A stretch of 64,000 bases of DNA from contig CAZPIO010000009.1 in the NCBI GenBank assembly GCA_964586235.1, forward strand, positions 36,916-100,915, in the 5' to 3' direction. How positions within the stretch are numbered: the first letter of the stretch is position 1; each line of letters opens with the position of its first letter. Shown in pieces: positions 1 through 8,783 of the stretch. Source of the stretch: an uncultured Planctomycetales bacterium. GTDB taxonomy: Bacteria > Planctomycetota > Phycisphaerae > UBA1845 > PWPN01. The notes below the pieces were generated by a model that saw only the letters and a list, made by a program, of their open reading frames with translations, was not told the origin of the DNA and made no database searches. The translations under genes and the position numbers were made by a program.

Positions 1-84
1 CTTCCTTCGACATTCGGATTTCGTCATTCGCTCTCGGTCGCTCGGGCTGCTGTGATGTCATCGGGCAGGACCGGCTGGCAGAGA

Positions 85-1791
85 CTACTCCTCGTCCGTG
101 ATCCGCACGACCTTCCGATACCCGGTGATCTCCCGCCCGTCATCGACGGTAATGTCGAAACTCTCGTTGCGTTCACAGGCCTGGTCGACGGCGGCGAGCA
201 GACGCTCCATGAGCCGTCGGTATCTCCGCAAGGGTTCGCTCTTTGTCGGGTCGTTGCCAAGGACGCCAACCCACGGGACATTGTCCAGCGAGGCGATATA
301 ACCGAACGGGATCGCAATTGCCGTGTCGAGCATCGGGCTGTTGGCGAAGATCGAGGGTCGCGGGTGCTCGGCCGCATGCTTGCGAAGGGTCCGGGTCAGC
401 TCCATCTGCTCCACCCACGGCAGGTGATGATCGTGGTCGGAGGTCCAGTACCAGATGTAGCGTGCTCCCATGTCGTAGGCCTGCGTCACCGCCTTCGGCG
501 AGATCGCCGGATCACACTGGCCGTAGATGGCCGTGCCCCAATACTTGCCGAACGGCCGCGTGCCGCCCCGCAGGAATGCATAGTGGTACTTCAGTAGCTG
601 CTCGGGCGTGTGCTTGACATCCTTACCGCCGTACTTCGCGACGGCCTTGTCGAAATCGGCGAGCTGGTAGCGGGCCTCATGAACGATGCCGTTGCACCCG
701 CCGGCCATCTGGTAGAACGCCGTCTCGTATATCGTTTCCCAGACGGGGAAGTCGTACTGGTCGAGCCGCATGTCGCCGATGTTGATGCGCTGGCCGGAAT
801 CCGGCCTCTCCATCGCGTACCGGCCGTAGTGATCGGAGGAGTTGTAAGTGGTCTGGACGCGCTTCACCAGGGCGGTGACCACATCGGAGAAACGCCATGG
901 AGGCTTCTGGTCCTGGATGGCTTTGTCGGCCATCAGCAGGATCGCAGGCTCATCCATGAACATCACCGGCCCGAGATAGTTGCTCCGATACAGATCGGCA
1001 GGATACAGCAGAGGCGGGTCCCCGCTACGGCCGCGGATGTAGAAAACCGGGCGGGCGCGGACAAACCGTTCCTGCTCCGGGGCGACGCAGAAGAGGTTGA
1101 CCCCCGCCTCCAGCATGATGCGGTAATCCTCTTCGACGAAGGGAGTGTATGTGTAGTTCTGGCGGGTTGGCGTTTGCGGAAGACGATGCCCCTCCTTGTC
1201 CTTGAAGTTCCGCCCGGTGCCCACCAGCAGTTCGGGATCGAGGTCCAGAACCTTCGCATTGTCCCAGGTTTTCCAGCGGGCATCCTTACCGGCCGATCGC
1301 AGCGCCAGCACGTGGCCGAGGAGCGTGGCCGTTTCGGGAAGGCCCGCCTGTCGCCCGCTCGCCCAAGCGGCATACGGGACGAAATTGTCCTCAAAGCCGC
1401 CCCAGCCCGGCAGTAGTGCCCACTTGGTGTGGATGTTCCGATAGCCGAGCGTCTCACCGGCGTGAGGCAGCCTGACCAGGTACTCCTTAAAACGGACGGG
1501 CCCATCGCCCTCCGCCAGCGGATTCCGCGAAGTCAGCCCCCGGATCTGCACGAGCGGCGTGGCATCTTTCGCATCATCGCTTTTGCGGATATCAAGCTGC
1601 CACCAGGTGTAGGCGGCGTCCCCCACCTTCTCGATTGGCCCGCAGATGAAGTCCACCGCCCCAACCGGCGGCGGTTTATCCACCCAGCAGGTCAGCATCC
1701 CATAATGCCCGATAGTCCCCGGGGCGGGCGAGGATTCATCGCCAGCGAGGACACCGAGAGCAACCGTTGCCAGCAGAGCTTCGAAGATCAT
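85..1791 (-). CDS. secreted hypothetical protein, function unknown
   Basis: Track ORF 85..1803 (572 aa). GGAGG lies 5 nt upstream of the in-frame ATG at 1791; the alternative ATG is at 1803. The N-terminus MIFEALLATVALGVLAG looks like a signal peptide. I recognise no family motif by eye. Confidence 0.7.
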   Translation of the reverse strand: MIFEALLATVALGVLAGDESSPAPGTIGHYGMLTCWVDKPPPVGAVDFICGPIEKVGDAAYTWWQLDIRKSDDAKDATPLVQIRGLTSRNPLAEGDGPVRFKEYLVRLPHAGETLGYRNIHTKWALLPGWGGFEDNFVPYAAWASGRQAGLPETATLLGHVLALRSAGKDARWKTWDNAKVLDLDPELLVGTGRNFKDKEGHRLPQTPTRQNYTYTPFVEEDYRIMLEAGVNLFCVAPEQERFVRARPVFYIRGRSGDPPLLYPADLYRSNYLGPVMFMDEPAILLMADKAIQDQKPPWRFSDVVTALVKRVQTTYNSSDHYGRYAMERPDSGQRINIGDMRLDQYDFPVWETIYETAFYQMAGGCNGIVHEARYQLADFDKAVAKYGGKDVKHTPEQLLKYHYAFLRGGTRPFGKYWGTAIYGQCDPAISPKAVTQAYDMGARYIWYWTSDHDHHLPWVEQMELTRTLRKHAAEHPRPSIFANSPMLDTAIAIPFGYIASLDNVPWVGVLGNDPTKSEPLRRYRRLMERLLAAVDQACERNESFDITVDDGREITGYRKVVRITDEE

Positions 1792-2195
1792 GATGGCCTC
1801 CATTGCGAGTGTGTCTCAAGGCCAGGGGTAGATGAAGCGTTGCGGACTGCAGCCCGCGTGGATACCCGAGCGATGAGGACGCTCTAACATACCGGACAAC
1901 CGCGACGACCGGAATCCCCGGTTCCCTGAACCCCGCAACGACGCCTCAGCGTCGCCGACACCGCAGGAAAGACGTGACAACGAGCACCAACACTGCCAGG
2001 GTTGACGGCACCAGTACCGCAGCAATCTAGAGCCAGTGGAAGAGCGTCTTGCTGATAGAGCTACTGTTATTCCCGAGGCTAGCCAGATCGATGCCGCCTA
2101 CGGGGACCTCGGTCGCGCAAGCATTTTGTTGAATACGGATCGTTTCTGGAGACAGACTCGGGAGACGATGGTCGCACTCCGCACGCGGTCCTCAT

Positions 2196-2240
2196 GACAC
2201 GGGTTCCCAACCCACGCCGCATGGGCTGAGAACCCGTGTC
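2196..2240. other. perfect 11-bp inverted repeat hairpin downstream of the PEP-CTERM gene
   Basis: GACACGGGTTC (2196-2206) pairs with GAACCCGTGTC (2230-2240) around a 23-nt loop that itself contains CCCA...TGGG. It lies ~100 nt past the stop at 2339. No U-tract follows on either strand, so a terminator role is uncertain. Confidence 0.4.
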
Positions 2241-2338
2241 CCAGGACAAGATGAATAGACTAAGCCCTCATGCCACGCCGCCGGACACGAAACTGTCTTG
2301 CCCGCCCAGCGGCCGTTCCAGGCCAGGGCGACGAGCCC

Positions 2339-3214
2339 TCAGCGACGCCGACCCAACATCGGCACAGCGCCCAGAGCCAACAATATCAAGCTGGCGGGCT
2401 CCGGAACCGGGTTGAAGTCCCAAGGGTTCATCTGGCCAAGGTCGTTGTCGTAAGTGCTGTGGGCGATATACTGGATGTTGCCGTTCCACAAATTGCTGGA
2501 ACCTGCGTCGAACAGCACGATTCCCTTGACCGCGGGTCCAGCGTCGCCGTTGTGACTTGCGGTTCCGCTGACCATTGTGTAGTTGGTCATGATCTGGGTC
2601 CAGTCCGAAGAGGAGCTGCTCCAGTCGGAGCCGTTGCTGTACCAGACGTTCGCGGTTGTTCCAATCCACGAAAGCGCGTACACACGGTAGCCGGTCTGGT
2701 CAACGTTCGGCGGATCCGTATATCCCGAGAGAGTGCCGCCGTCGCCGTCCCTCACTCTCATAGCGCTGCCTCGCAGGGCGACCTGCAAGCCATAGTCGGT
2801 GTCGGTGGAGAAACCGAATATTCCGTTCACACTGCCGCCGCTGATGAACTTGATCTTCGCCATGACAATGCCTCTCGAGTTATCGAAAGACACTGGCGTT
2901 ATAGCAGTCTTCTGATACATGCCGGTGTTGGCATCGTTGATGTTCCAGACATCCGTCGAGCCGTCAGTCGTCGTACTCGAGTAGTCAGCAGCCTTGGGGT
3001 CATTGGTGAGTGTCGTCCACTCAAGGCCGGTCACTTTCGTCATGGGACCGGTGCGACTGGATGTCACCCATGCGGACTGCGAATCTACGGTGGTCAGACT
3101 GCCGGTGCTGTCGGATGCCATGCTTCTCCATGTTCCCTGCGCGGCTGATGCCGTCGCCGCAAATGCCAGGGCCAGCGCGAGAGCAAGCACTACCATTGGG
3201 ACTATCTTTTTCAC
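2339..3214 (-). CDS. PEP-CTERM-anchored secreted protein with a ConA/LamG-like beta-sandwich body
   Basis: GTG start at 3214 with AAGGAGG 6 nt upstream. Signal peptide MKKIVPMVVLALALALAFAATASA. The C-terminus PVPEPASLILLALGAVPMLGRRR has a PEP motif, a TM helix and an Arg cluster, which is the PEP-CTERM sorting signal. The lectin-like fold of the body is inference only. Confidence 0.85.
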   Translation of the reverse strand: MKKIVPMVVLALALALAFAATASAAQGTWRSMASDSTGSLTTVDSQSAWVTSSRTGPMTKVTGLEWTTLTNDPKAADYSSTTTDGSTDVWNINDANTGMYQKTAITPVSFDNSRGIVMAKIKFISGGSVNGIFGFSTDTDYGLQVALRGSAMRVRDGDGGTLSGYTDPPNVDQTGYRVYALSWIGTTANVWYSNGSDWSSSSSDWTQIMTNYTMVSGTASHNGDAGPAVKGIVLFDAGSSNLWNGNIQYIAHSTYDNDLGQMNPWDFNPVPEPASLILLALGAVPMLGRRR

Positions 3215-3923
3215 GTTCCGCCTCCTTCTCTTAAAAAACTCAGAAAAACGGAGATTCGAACATCAGGGCCTCGCAGCGGCGCTGCGAATCAAGCCCAACC
3301 ATGATCAGACAAGAACCACAAGAAATGTTTCGAGATAGAAGAGTGTCATCTTTCTTCGCATTTCCGTCTCCTTTTGAGAGATGTTTCGGACACGGGACCA
3401 GTGACGATCCCACCTGTCCGCGGCCTTTCAGGCCGAGCCTTTCCTGTTTCTCCAAGGGCGCCGATCAATGCAAGCAGGCACCAACCAAAAGCGTCCTTCC
3501 GTTTCTGCTCTCTTCCCCACGAACAGCCAACCTCAACAAATCGCGCGTATCACCCGAGGGTGATGTCGCGGCTCGAAATCAGACCAATGGTGCTTTCGGA
3601 ATCACGTGCGATTCTCCTCCTCGGCCTTCATCATCTGTGGTCCTGGGTCTCGAACGGTGGATGAGAAACCCCGCCACCCTCCTCTTCGCTTGTTCTCCTT
3701 ACGACTGGATGAGTTCAACTGACCACCCAACCGAGCCAGTTGCGAACCGGGCACGTGGACCCGAGTCTTCCGTCATCGTAACGCCAGGCGAGAGGCTCTG
3801 CAAGCGAAAAACGCGCCGCCTTAGTCACTTTGTGTCAGTTCGTCGCAAAATCAGATGATTGAGAAAACATAAGACCTTCAGCAGCAATAGTTTATCAATC
3901 AGAAAGGTATACATAAACGCCAA

Positions 3924-3952
3924 TTGACCACGTCACATCGTGCGACTATCGT
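3924..3952 (+). promoter_or_regulatory. candidate promoter for the 4062 gene
   Basis: TTGACC (3924-3929) is followed by a 17-nt spacer and TATCGT (3947-3952). It sits in an AT-rich patch ~110 nt upstream of ATG 4062. Confidence 0.3.
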
Positions 3953-4061
3953 CTCGTCCCATTGTCCCCTTGTCTCTGTTTCGATAGAATCGGCTGTGGG
4001 AGTCTGAGAGTGCGGCTCGGCCACTGAAAACTACACGCAAGGCATCATCGGAGGAGTCAGG

Positions 4062-7000
4062 ATGTCATTCAGGCCTGCAACCAAGCAGGGCTTCGCCCGC
4101 ATCTCGAGGCTCAGGCTTGGCCGGACGCTCGGGCATCACCCGCCCATGAGAGGAGATTGCCGATCGGGAACCACCCCCCGCTCCGCGCGGCTGCGGCTGT
4201 GGTTCCTCGGCATCCTGTGGGTTTGCCTGATGGCCGGACGGGCCTGGGGCCTGTCGGTCACGACCGTCGACCCGGCGGGTTACCAGGCCGCCGCGCTGGT
4301 TGACGGCAGCGCCTGCTATGTTGACGCCGCAGGCACAATCACCGGCATTCCGCCCGCTCTGGCGGGTGGGACGCTCATCCGCACTCGAGCCGGCGACGCC
4401 TCGAACCCGTCGCTGGCCGTGAGCTTCCAGGTCGACGTCCGTGCCGAGGTATACGTCTGCTATGAGTCCGAAGCCGTGCCGCCGACTTGGCTGTCCTCCT
4501 GGGTCCGCACCGACATGACCGTGGCCGTCAGCGACGGGGCCGCCGCCAGCTACAGCGTCTACGCCCGGCGTTTTGGCGCCGGAGCGGTGCAGCTCTCGCA
4601 CAACCAGGCCGGGGCCATGTACTTCGTCGTGGTCAAGGAATCGCTGCCCATTCTCCCGCGCTGCGGATGGGTGCTGCTCTCCTACGACATGCCCTACCTG
4701 CGCGAAATCATCCGTCAGGCCCCGCTCTACAACGTCAACCATATCCAGCTCTCGCACGACATCCTGATGTACACGCATCAGCCCCTGGAATCGCCCACAC
4801 TGCGGGCCGACCTCAACGAGTTGATCGATCTCGCTCACGCGTACGGGATCACGGATGTGACCGTCTGGACGCATGAGATCGACACGCGCAACATACCCGC
4901 CCAGTGTCTCACTGCCGACGGCCGGGTTGACGGCGACAAACCGGAAGTCTGGGCATGGATTGAGAGCCGCTACAGCCAGCTCTTCACCACCGTCTGTCCC
5001 GAACTGGACGGCGTGGTGGTCACATTCAGCGAAGTGGACAGGGGCTGCGAGGTCTGGAATGCGTGTCTCAAATTCAACGGCTCGGTGGCCGAGGCGGTCA
5101 GGAAGGTGAATGAGGCCATCCAGGCGGCATGCCACGAGCACGACAGGACCTGTTACGCCCGCACTTGGGCTGGCGAATACCAGTTTGACATCCGCGACGC
5201 GATTCAGGACAGCGACGACACGACGACCTGGATGATGAGCAAGAACGTCGGCGGTGCGTCGGGCTGGGACTGGCAGTACATGGACACCCATCTGTCGGTA
5301 CTCGGCACGCTGACGGGCGGATACAACGAGCTGGTCGAGTTCGATCTGTGCGGGGAGTACCTGGGTCGGTCGCAGTACACGTTCGCCATGGCCGCCTATC
5401 TCAAGGAGCATTGGAACTACGCCTATAACTTGGGCGTCCGAGGGGGTATCGTCGCCCGCATCGACCGCGAGGGGGCGTTGACCAACTACACCTCAAACCG
5501 CATCAATCTCTACGCCGCAAGCCGGATCCTGGCCGACCGCAACGCCGACCCCGCCGCGGTCAACCTGGCGTGGTGCCGGCAGTATTTCGCGGCGGATGCG
5601 ACCCAGGACATCGCCGACCACTACGACGATCCCGGCACTTCCGGCGACGATACAAGGCTTCTGACCTGGGAAGCATTCTTCCCCGGTCTGTCGCCGGTGA
5701 CCAACACCCAGGCCCTGGAGATCGGACGCAAAGCCATCGGGCGCCTCGACAAGCACCGGGCGCAACTGGAAATCCAGACCACCCTCGATACCCGCAATCG
5801 CAAAACCGACTACGAGACCCTTCGCAACGGAATCGCGATGACCATCCTCGACCTTGGCGGGTCGGTCCCGGAGGCACTCGGGTTCTCCAACTTCCGGCCG
5901 GCCCGGACCGAGATCCTCAGCCCCAATTGCCTTGTGGATGTGCGTCTGCCCGCCCCCGGCCTGAAACCGAGCACAGCCTCCTGCGAGTATTCTACGAACG
6001 CGGGTGTGACCTGGTCCGCACGGCCCGTCACGTGCAGCGGTTCGAACGGCAGCACGGGTACGGAGACCATCGCGGCGGCGGGCGTTCCGTTCAACCAGCT
6101 CAGCGAAGACCGCAATTTCATCCGGTTCCATGTGGCTGACATGAACGGCGTCGTGTGCGACAGCGGCATGTTGCGAGTGTCCACGGTGCCGCCCGTCGTC
6201 TGGTCAGGCTCCCAGCCGGAGATCAGCCTCTCACTGACGCCGGATTGCACGATCACGGTCGCCACGACCGGCCGGCCGCTGGACCCGGCGACGGCCCGCT
6301 ACCAGTACAGCACGGACGGCGGCCAGAGCTGGATTACGCCTGCAGTCAATTGGGAAGGTCGCTACGAATGCAGCAAGTATCCGTGGGAAGACGGCTGGGC
6401 GGTTGTGGAAGGGCACACCGGCTACGAGTCGGTCAACAACGGGATCCTCACCATCAACGACAACAGCGCTGACGGGAACACGAAGGTCAAGTACGCCCGC
6501 TTCTGGAACGCGGATGCTGAGGCAGGCGCCACCGTCGAAGCCAGGATGCAGTGCCTGTCCGGCGGACACTTTTTCAGCAGCAATCTCCAGTTGGCCGACA
6601 CACTGCACGTGCAGTCGCTTCACCTCAAGGCCAACGGGATCATCGGCCTTTACCCGACGTGGACGCTGGTTCCCGCGAACACGACCGACTGGCACGTCTA
6701 TCGCGTGACCATCCGCGGCACGGACCTCAATGTGTACGTGGATGGCCACCCACGGCCGGTGCTCCCCGCGAACGGCTACTTCCACCAGCCGGCTGACACT
6801 CCCCAACAACTCCTGTTCGGTTCCGGCGCCAGTGCGGGCACGCAGTACATCAACTACGATTACCTGTATTGGTCCACCGCCGGCGCGTTCGCACCGGGTC
6901 CCTGGCAACCGGCCGCATACAGCGGCGGGCCTCGGGGTGGAACCATCACCGCATCCAGTGTGCCGTTCAACCAGCACTCCAACACGCTCAACAGGATCCA

Positions 7001-7286
7001 GTTCAGCATCAACGATGCACAGGGCCACGCCTGGCAGAGCCCTGTGTACAAAGTGCCGATCTCGGATCGGGTGGTCTGGGCCGACTTCGACGGCGACGAA
7101 GACGTGGATCTGGAAGATTTCGGGCATCTGCAACACTGCCTGACCGGGTCCGGCGAGCCCTATCACCCGAATTGCGATGATGCTGACGGCGATACGGACG
7201 GCGATGTGGATCTTGAGGATCTCGCTGCTTTCCAGCAGTGCATTACGGGAGCAAACGTGCCGCCGGATCCGAACTGCGAGAATTGA
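4062..7286 (+). CDS. secreted multidomain protein: CBM-like N-domain, TIM-barrel-like segment, Ig-like modules, LamG-like module, dockerin-like tail
   Basis: ATG 4062 with GGAGGA (4050-4055) 6 nt upstream. A long N-region is followed by the hydrophobic core LWFLGILWVCLMAG. The LamG-like stretch reads ILTINDNSADGNTKVKYARFWNADAEAGATVEARMQC. The C-terminal double EF-hand DFDGDEDVDLEDF...DTDGDVDLEDL...PPDPNCEN spans 7083-7283. Confidence 0.85.
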   Translation: MSFRPATKQGFARISRLRLGRTLGHHPPMRGDCRSGTTPRSARLRLWFLGILWVCLMAGRAWGLSVTTVDPAGYQAAALVDGSACYVDAAGTITGIPPALAGGTLIRTRAGDASNPSLAVSFQVDVRAEVYVCYESEAVPPTWLSSWVRTDMTVAVSDGAAASYSVYARRFGAGAVQLSHNQAGAMYFVVVKESLPILPRCGWVLLSYDMPYLREIIRQAPLYNVNHIQLSHDILMYTHQPLESPTLRADLNELIDLAHAYGITDVTVWTHEIDTRNIPAQCLTADGRVDGDKPEVWAWIESRYSQLFTTVCPELDGVVVTFSEVDRGCEVWNACLKFNGSVAEAVRKVNEAIQAACHEHDRTCYARTWAGEYQFDIRDAIQDSDDTTTWMMSKNVGGASGWDWQYMDTHLSVLGTLTGGYNELVEFDLCGEYLGRSQYTFAMAAYLKEHWNYAYNLGVRGGIVARIDREGALTNYTSNRINLYAASRILADRNADPAAVNLAWCRQYFAADATQDIADHYDDPGTSGDDTRLLTWEAFFPGLSPVTNTQALEIGRKAIGRLDKHRAQLEIQTTLDTRNRKTDYETLRNGIAMTILDLGGSVPEALGFSNFRPARTEILSPNCLVDVRLPAPGLKPSTASCEYSTNAGVTWSARPVTCSGSNGSTGTETIAAAGVPFNQLSEDRNFIRFHVADMNGVVCDSGMLRVSTVPPVVWSGSQPEISLSLTPDCTITVATTGRPLDPATARYQYSTDGGQSWITPAVNWEGRYECSKYPWEDGWAVVEGHTGYESVNNGILTINDNSADGNTKVKYARFWNADAEAGATVEARMQCLSGGHFFSSNLQLADTLHVQSLHLKANGIIGLYPTWTLVPANTTDWHVYRVTIRGTDLNVYVDGHPRPVLPANGYFHQPADTPQQLLFGSGASAGTQYINYDYLYWSTAGAFAPGPWQPAAYSGGPRGGTITASSVPFNQHSNTLNRIQFSINDAQGHAWQSPVYKVPISDRVVWADFDGDEDVDLEDFGHLQHCLTGSGEPYHPNCDDADGDTDGDVDLEDLAAFQQCITGANVPPDPNCEN

Positions 7287-7373
7287 GACCGCCTTCGCCT
7301 CCCGCTCCTGGTCAGCGACTGATCACCGCCCGCCTTGCGGAAGGCTCATTGGTCGGCACAACCGACACCCCTG

Positions 7374-8519
7374 TCAGGCCAAGGCGACGGAACGCCGCTC
7401 CACCAGGTCGACGTCCACGAGCACGTGCTCCGGCTTGACGTCGCCGCTACCACTCTGCAATCGTCGTTCCAGCAAATCGACCGCCTTGAGGCCGATCTCG
7501 TGGACGCGCTGGGCAACGATGGTCAACGGCGGGGTCATCGCCTGGGCAATGTCGGAATCATCGAAACCCACGATCGAGACATCTTCGGGAATCCGCAGGT
7601 GCAGCTCGCGGCAGGCCTCGAACACGCCCCACGCAGTGAAGGCGTTATGGGCGAAGATGGCCGCCGGTCGTGTGGTGTTCCTGAGCACGGGAAGGGCCGC
7701 TTCGTACCCGCCCAGCCAGCGACGACCTTCAAGCGTTCCTCGTGTTGTCAGCCGGCCGTCCGCAAAGACTTTCCATTCTCGCCGGGGCTCCAGGCCCCCA
7801 TCGATCAGGGCCTGCTCGTACCCCCGGATTCTGGCCGCAATCGACGTCGCCCAGGGGGGCTCGGTCACCATGATCACCCGGCGGTGGCCGTGCTCCAACA
7901 GATGCTGTGTCGCCAGGTAGGCCCCCTTCTCGTGATTGGATTCAACCAGATCGACTTTCAGGCCGGGAACGCCGCGATCCAGCAGAACGAACGGATAATG
8001 CGCCAGCTTCATCTTGAAAAGGGCTTCAATGTTGTGATGGACACCCGTCGGCAGGATGACGGCTCCTTGAGCGCCGGAGTTGCCGAGCCGCGAGAGGTTT
8101 CGCGCCTCAAGATCCCGGTCGAAGCGCGAATCGTAAATCTGAAGCCCCCACCCGCGTTCCTGGCAACCCGCTTCGATACCGCGTGCGATACCCGTTTCGA
8201 AAGCTCCGGCAAGATCCAGCGTTACCAGAGCTATGATGACTTGAGCCGCGGCCGGGCGGGCAGGGTAGTTCGGACTCACGAATGCCCCTACCGCCGGCAC
8301 GCTGTACAGGCAGCCCTCACGCTCGAGAATGTGGATCGCAGACCGGATGGTGTTGGTGCTGACCCTGAGTTCGCCGGCCAGGCTGCGAAGGGCAGGCAGC
8401 TTGACGCCCGCCGTCAGACGGCCGTCGGTCATGCGTCGGCGTAGCTCGTCAGTAACCACTCGATAACGCGGCGATTTTGAGCGAATCAGCTTGCCATTGC
8501 CGTTCTCGGCTCTGCTCAT
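7374..8519 (-). CDS. AraR-like chimeric transcriptional regulator (GntR-type HTH plus LacI/PBP1-type sugar-binding domain)
   Basis: The N-terminal winged helix LPALRSLAGELRVSTNTIRSAIHILEREGCLYSVPAVGAFV is GntR-type. The C-terminal core carries LacI-family signatures (RRVIMVTEPPWATSIAARIRGYEQAL and VSIVGFDDSDIAQ). I chose the ATG at 8519 (MSRAENG...); the track ORF starts at a TTG at 8555. Confidence 0.85.
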   Translation of the reverse strand: MSRAENGNGKLIRSKSPRYRVVTDELRRRMTDGRLTAGVKLPALRSLAGELRVSTNTIRSAIHILEREGCLYSVPAVGAFVSPNYPARPAAAQVIIALVTLDLAGAFETGIARGIEAGCQERGWGLQIYDSRFDRDLEARNLSRLGNSGAQGAVILPTGVHHNIEALFKMKLAHYPFVLLDRGVPGLKVDLVESNHEKGAYLATQHLLEHGHRRVIMVTEPPWATSIAARIRGYEQALIDGGLEPRREWKVFADGRLTTRGTLEGRRWLGGYEAALPVLRNTTRPAAIFAHNAFTAWGVFEACRELHLRIPEDVSIVGFDDSDIAQAMTPPLTIVAQRVHEIGLKAVDLLERRLQSGSGDVKPEHVLVDVDLVERRSVALA

Positions 8520-8677
8520 GACGACATTGTATAGTCGCGCGGTGACGTAATGCAAGAAGCTGTGTCAACAGATATCAAGGCCATTTTTCCTTAATACCTT
8601 CTCAAACAATGACTTATGCCATATAAGCCGATCAGGAAAACTATCTCAAAAACACGTCACATTATGACGAATCATTG

Positions 8678-8706
8678 TTGCATCAACCCAGTACGTCTGG
8701 TAGGAT
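8678..8706 (+). promoter_or_regulatory. candidate promoter for the giant-gene cluster
   Basis: TTGCAT (8678-8683) is followed by a 17-nt spacer and TAGGAT (8701-8706). It lies in the AT-rich divergent region between the regulator (start 8519) and the gene starting at 8784. Confidence 0.3.
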
Positions 8707-8783
8707 TACGCTTATGGAGCGGGATAGTCTGCCCCACAGCGGGAGTCAACCTTTCTAATCTGAAACGAAGCGGAGGAACGGAA

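Noticed and set aside
3245-3300. tRNA-like T-loop sequence (minus strand GTTCGAATC)
   Set aside because: The flanking bases cannot form a T-stem (TGATG versus CTCCG). No acceptor or anticodon arms can be drawn. The sequence sits in the 5' leader of the PEP-CTERM gene.
4016-4030. GCCACTG, the core of the cobalamin-riboswitch B12 box, upstream of the 4062 gene
   Set aside because: It is an isolated heptamer. The other conserved cobalamin-riboswitch elements are absent, and the downstream gene has no link to B12.
8616-8783. N-terminal extension of the first cluster gene (track start ATG 8616)
   Set aside because: The extension lies in the AT-rich promoter region, has no SD and would overlap the candidate promoter. 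It would also put 56 non-signal residues in front of a textbook signal peptide that has its own GGAGGA-spaced ATG at 8784.
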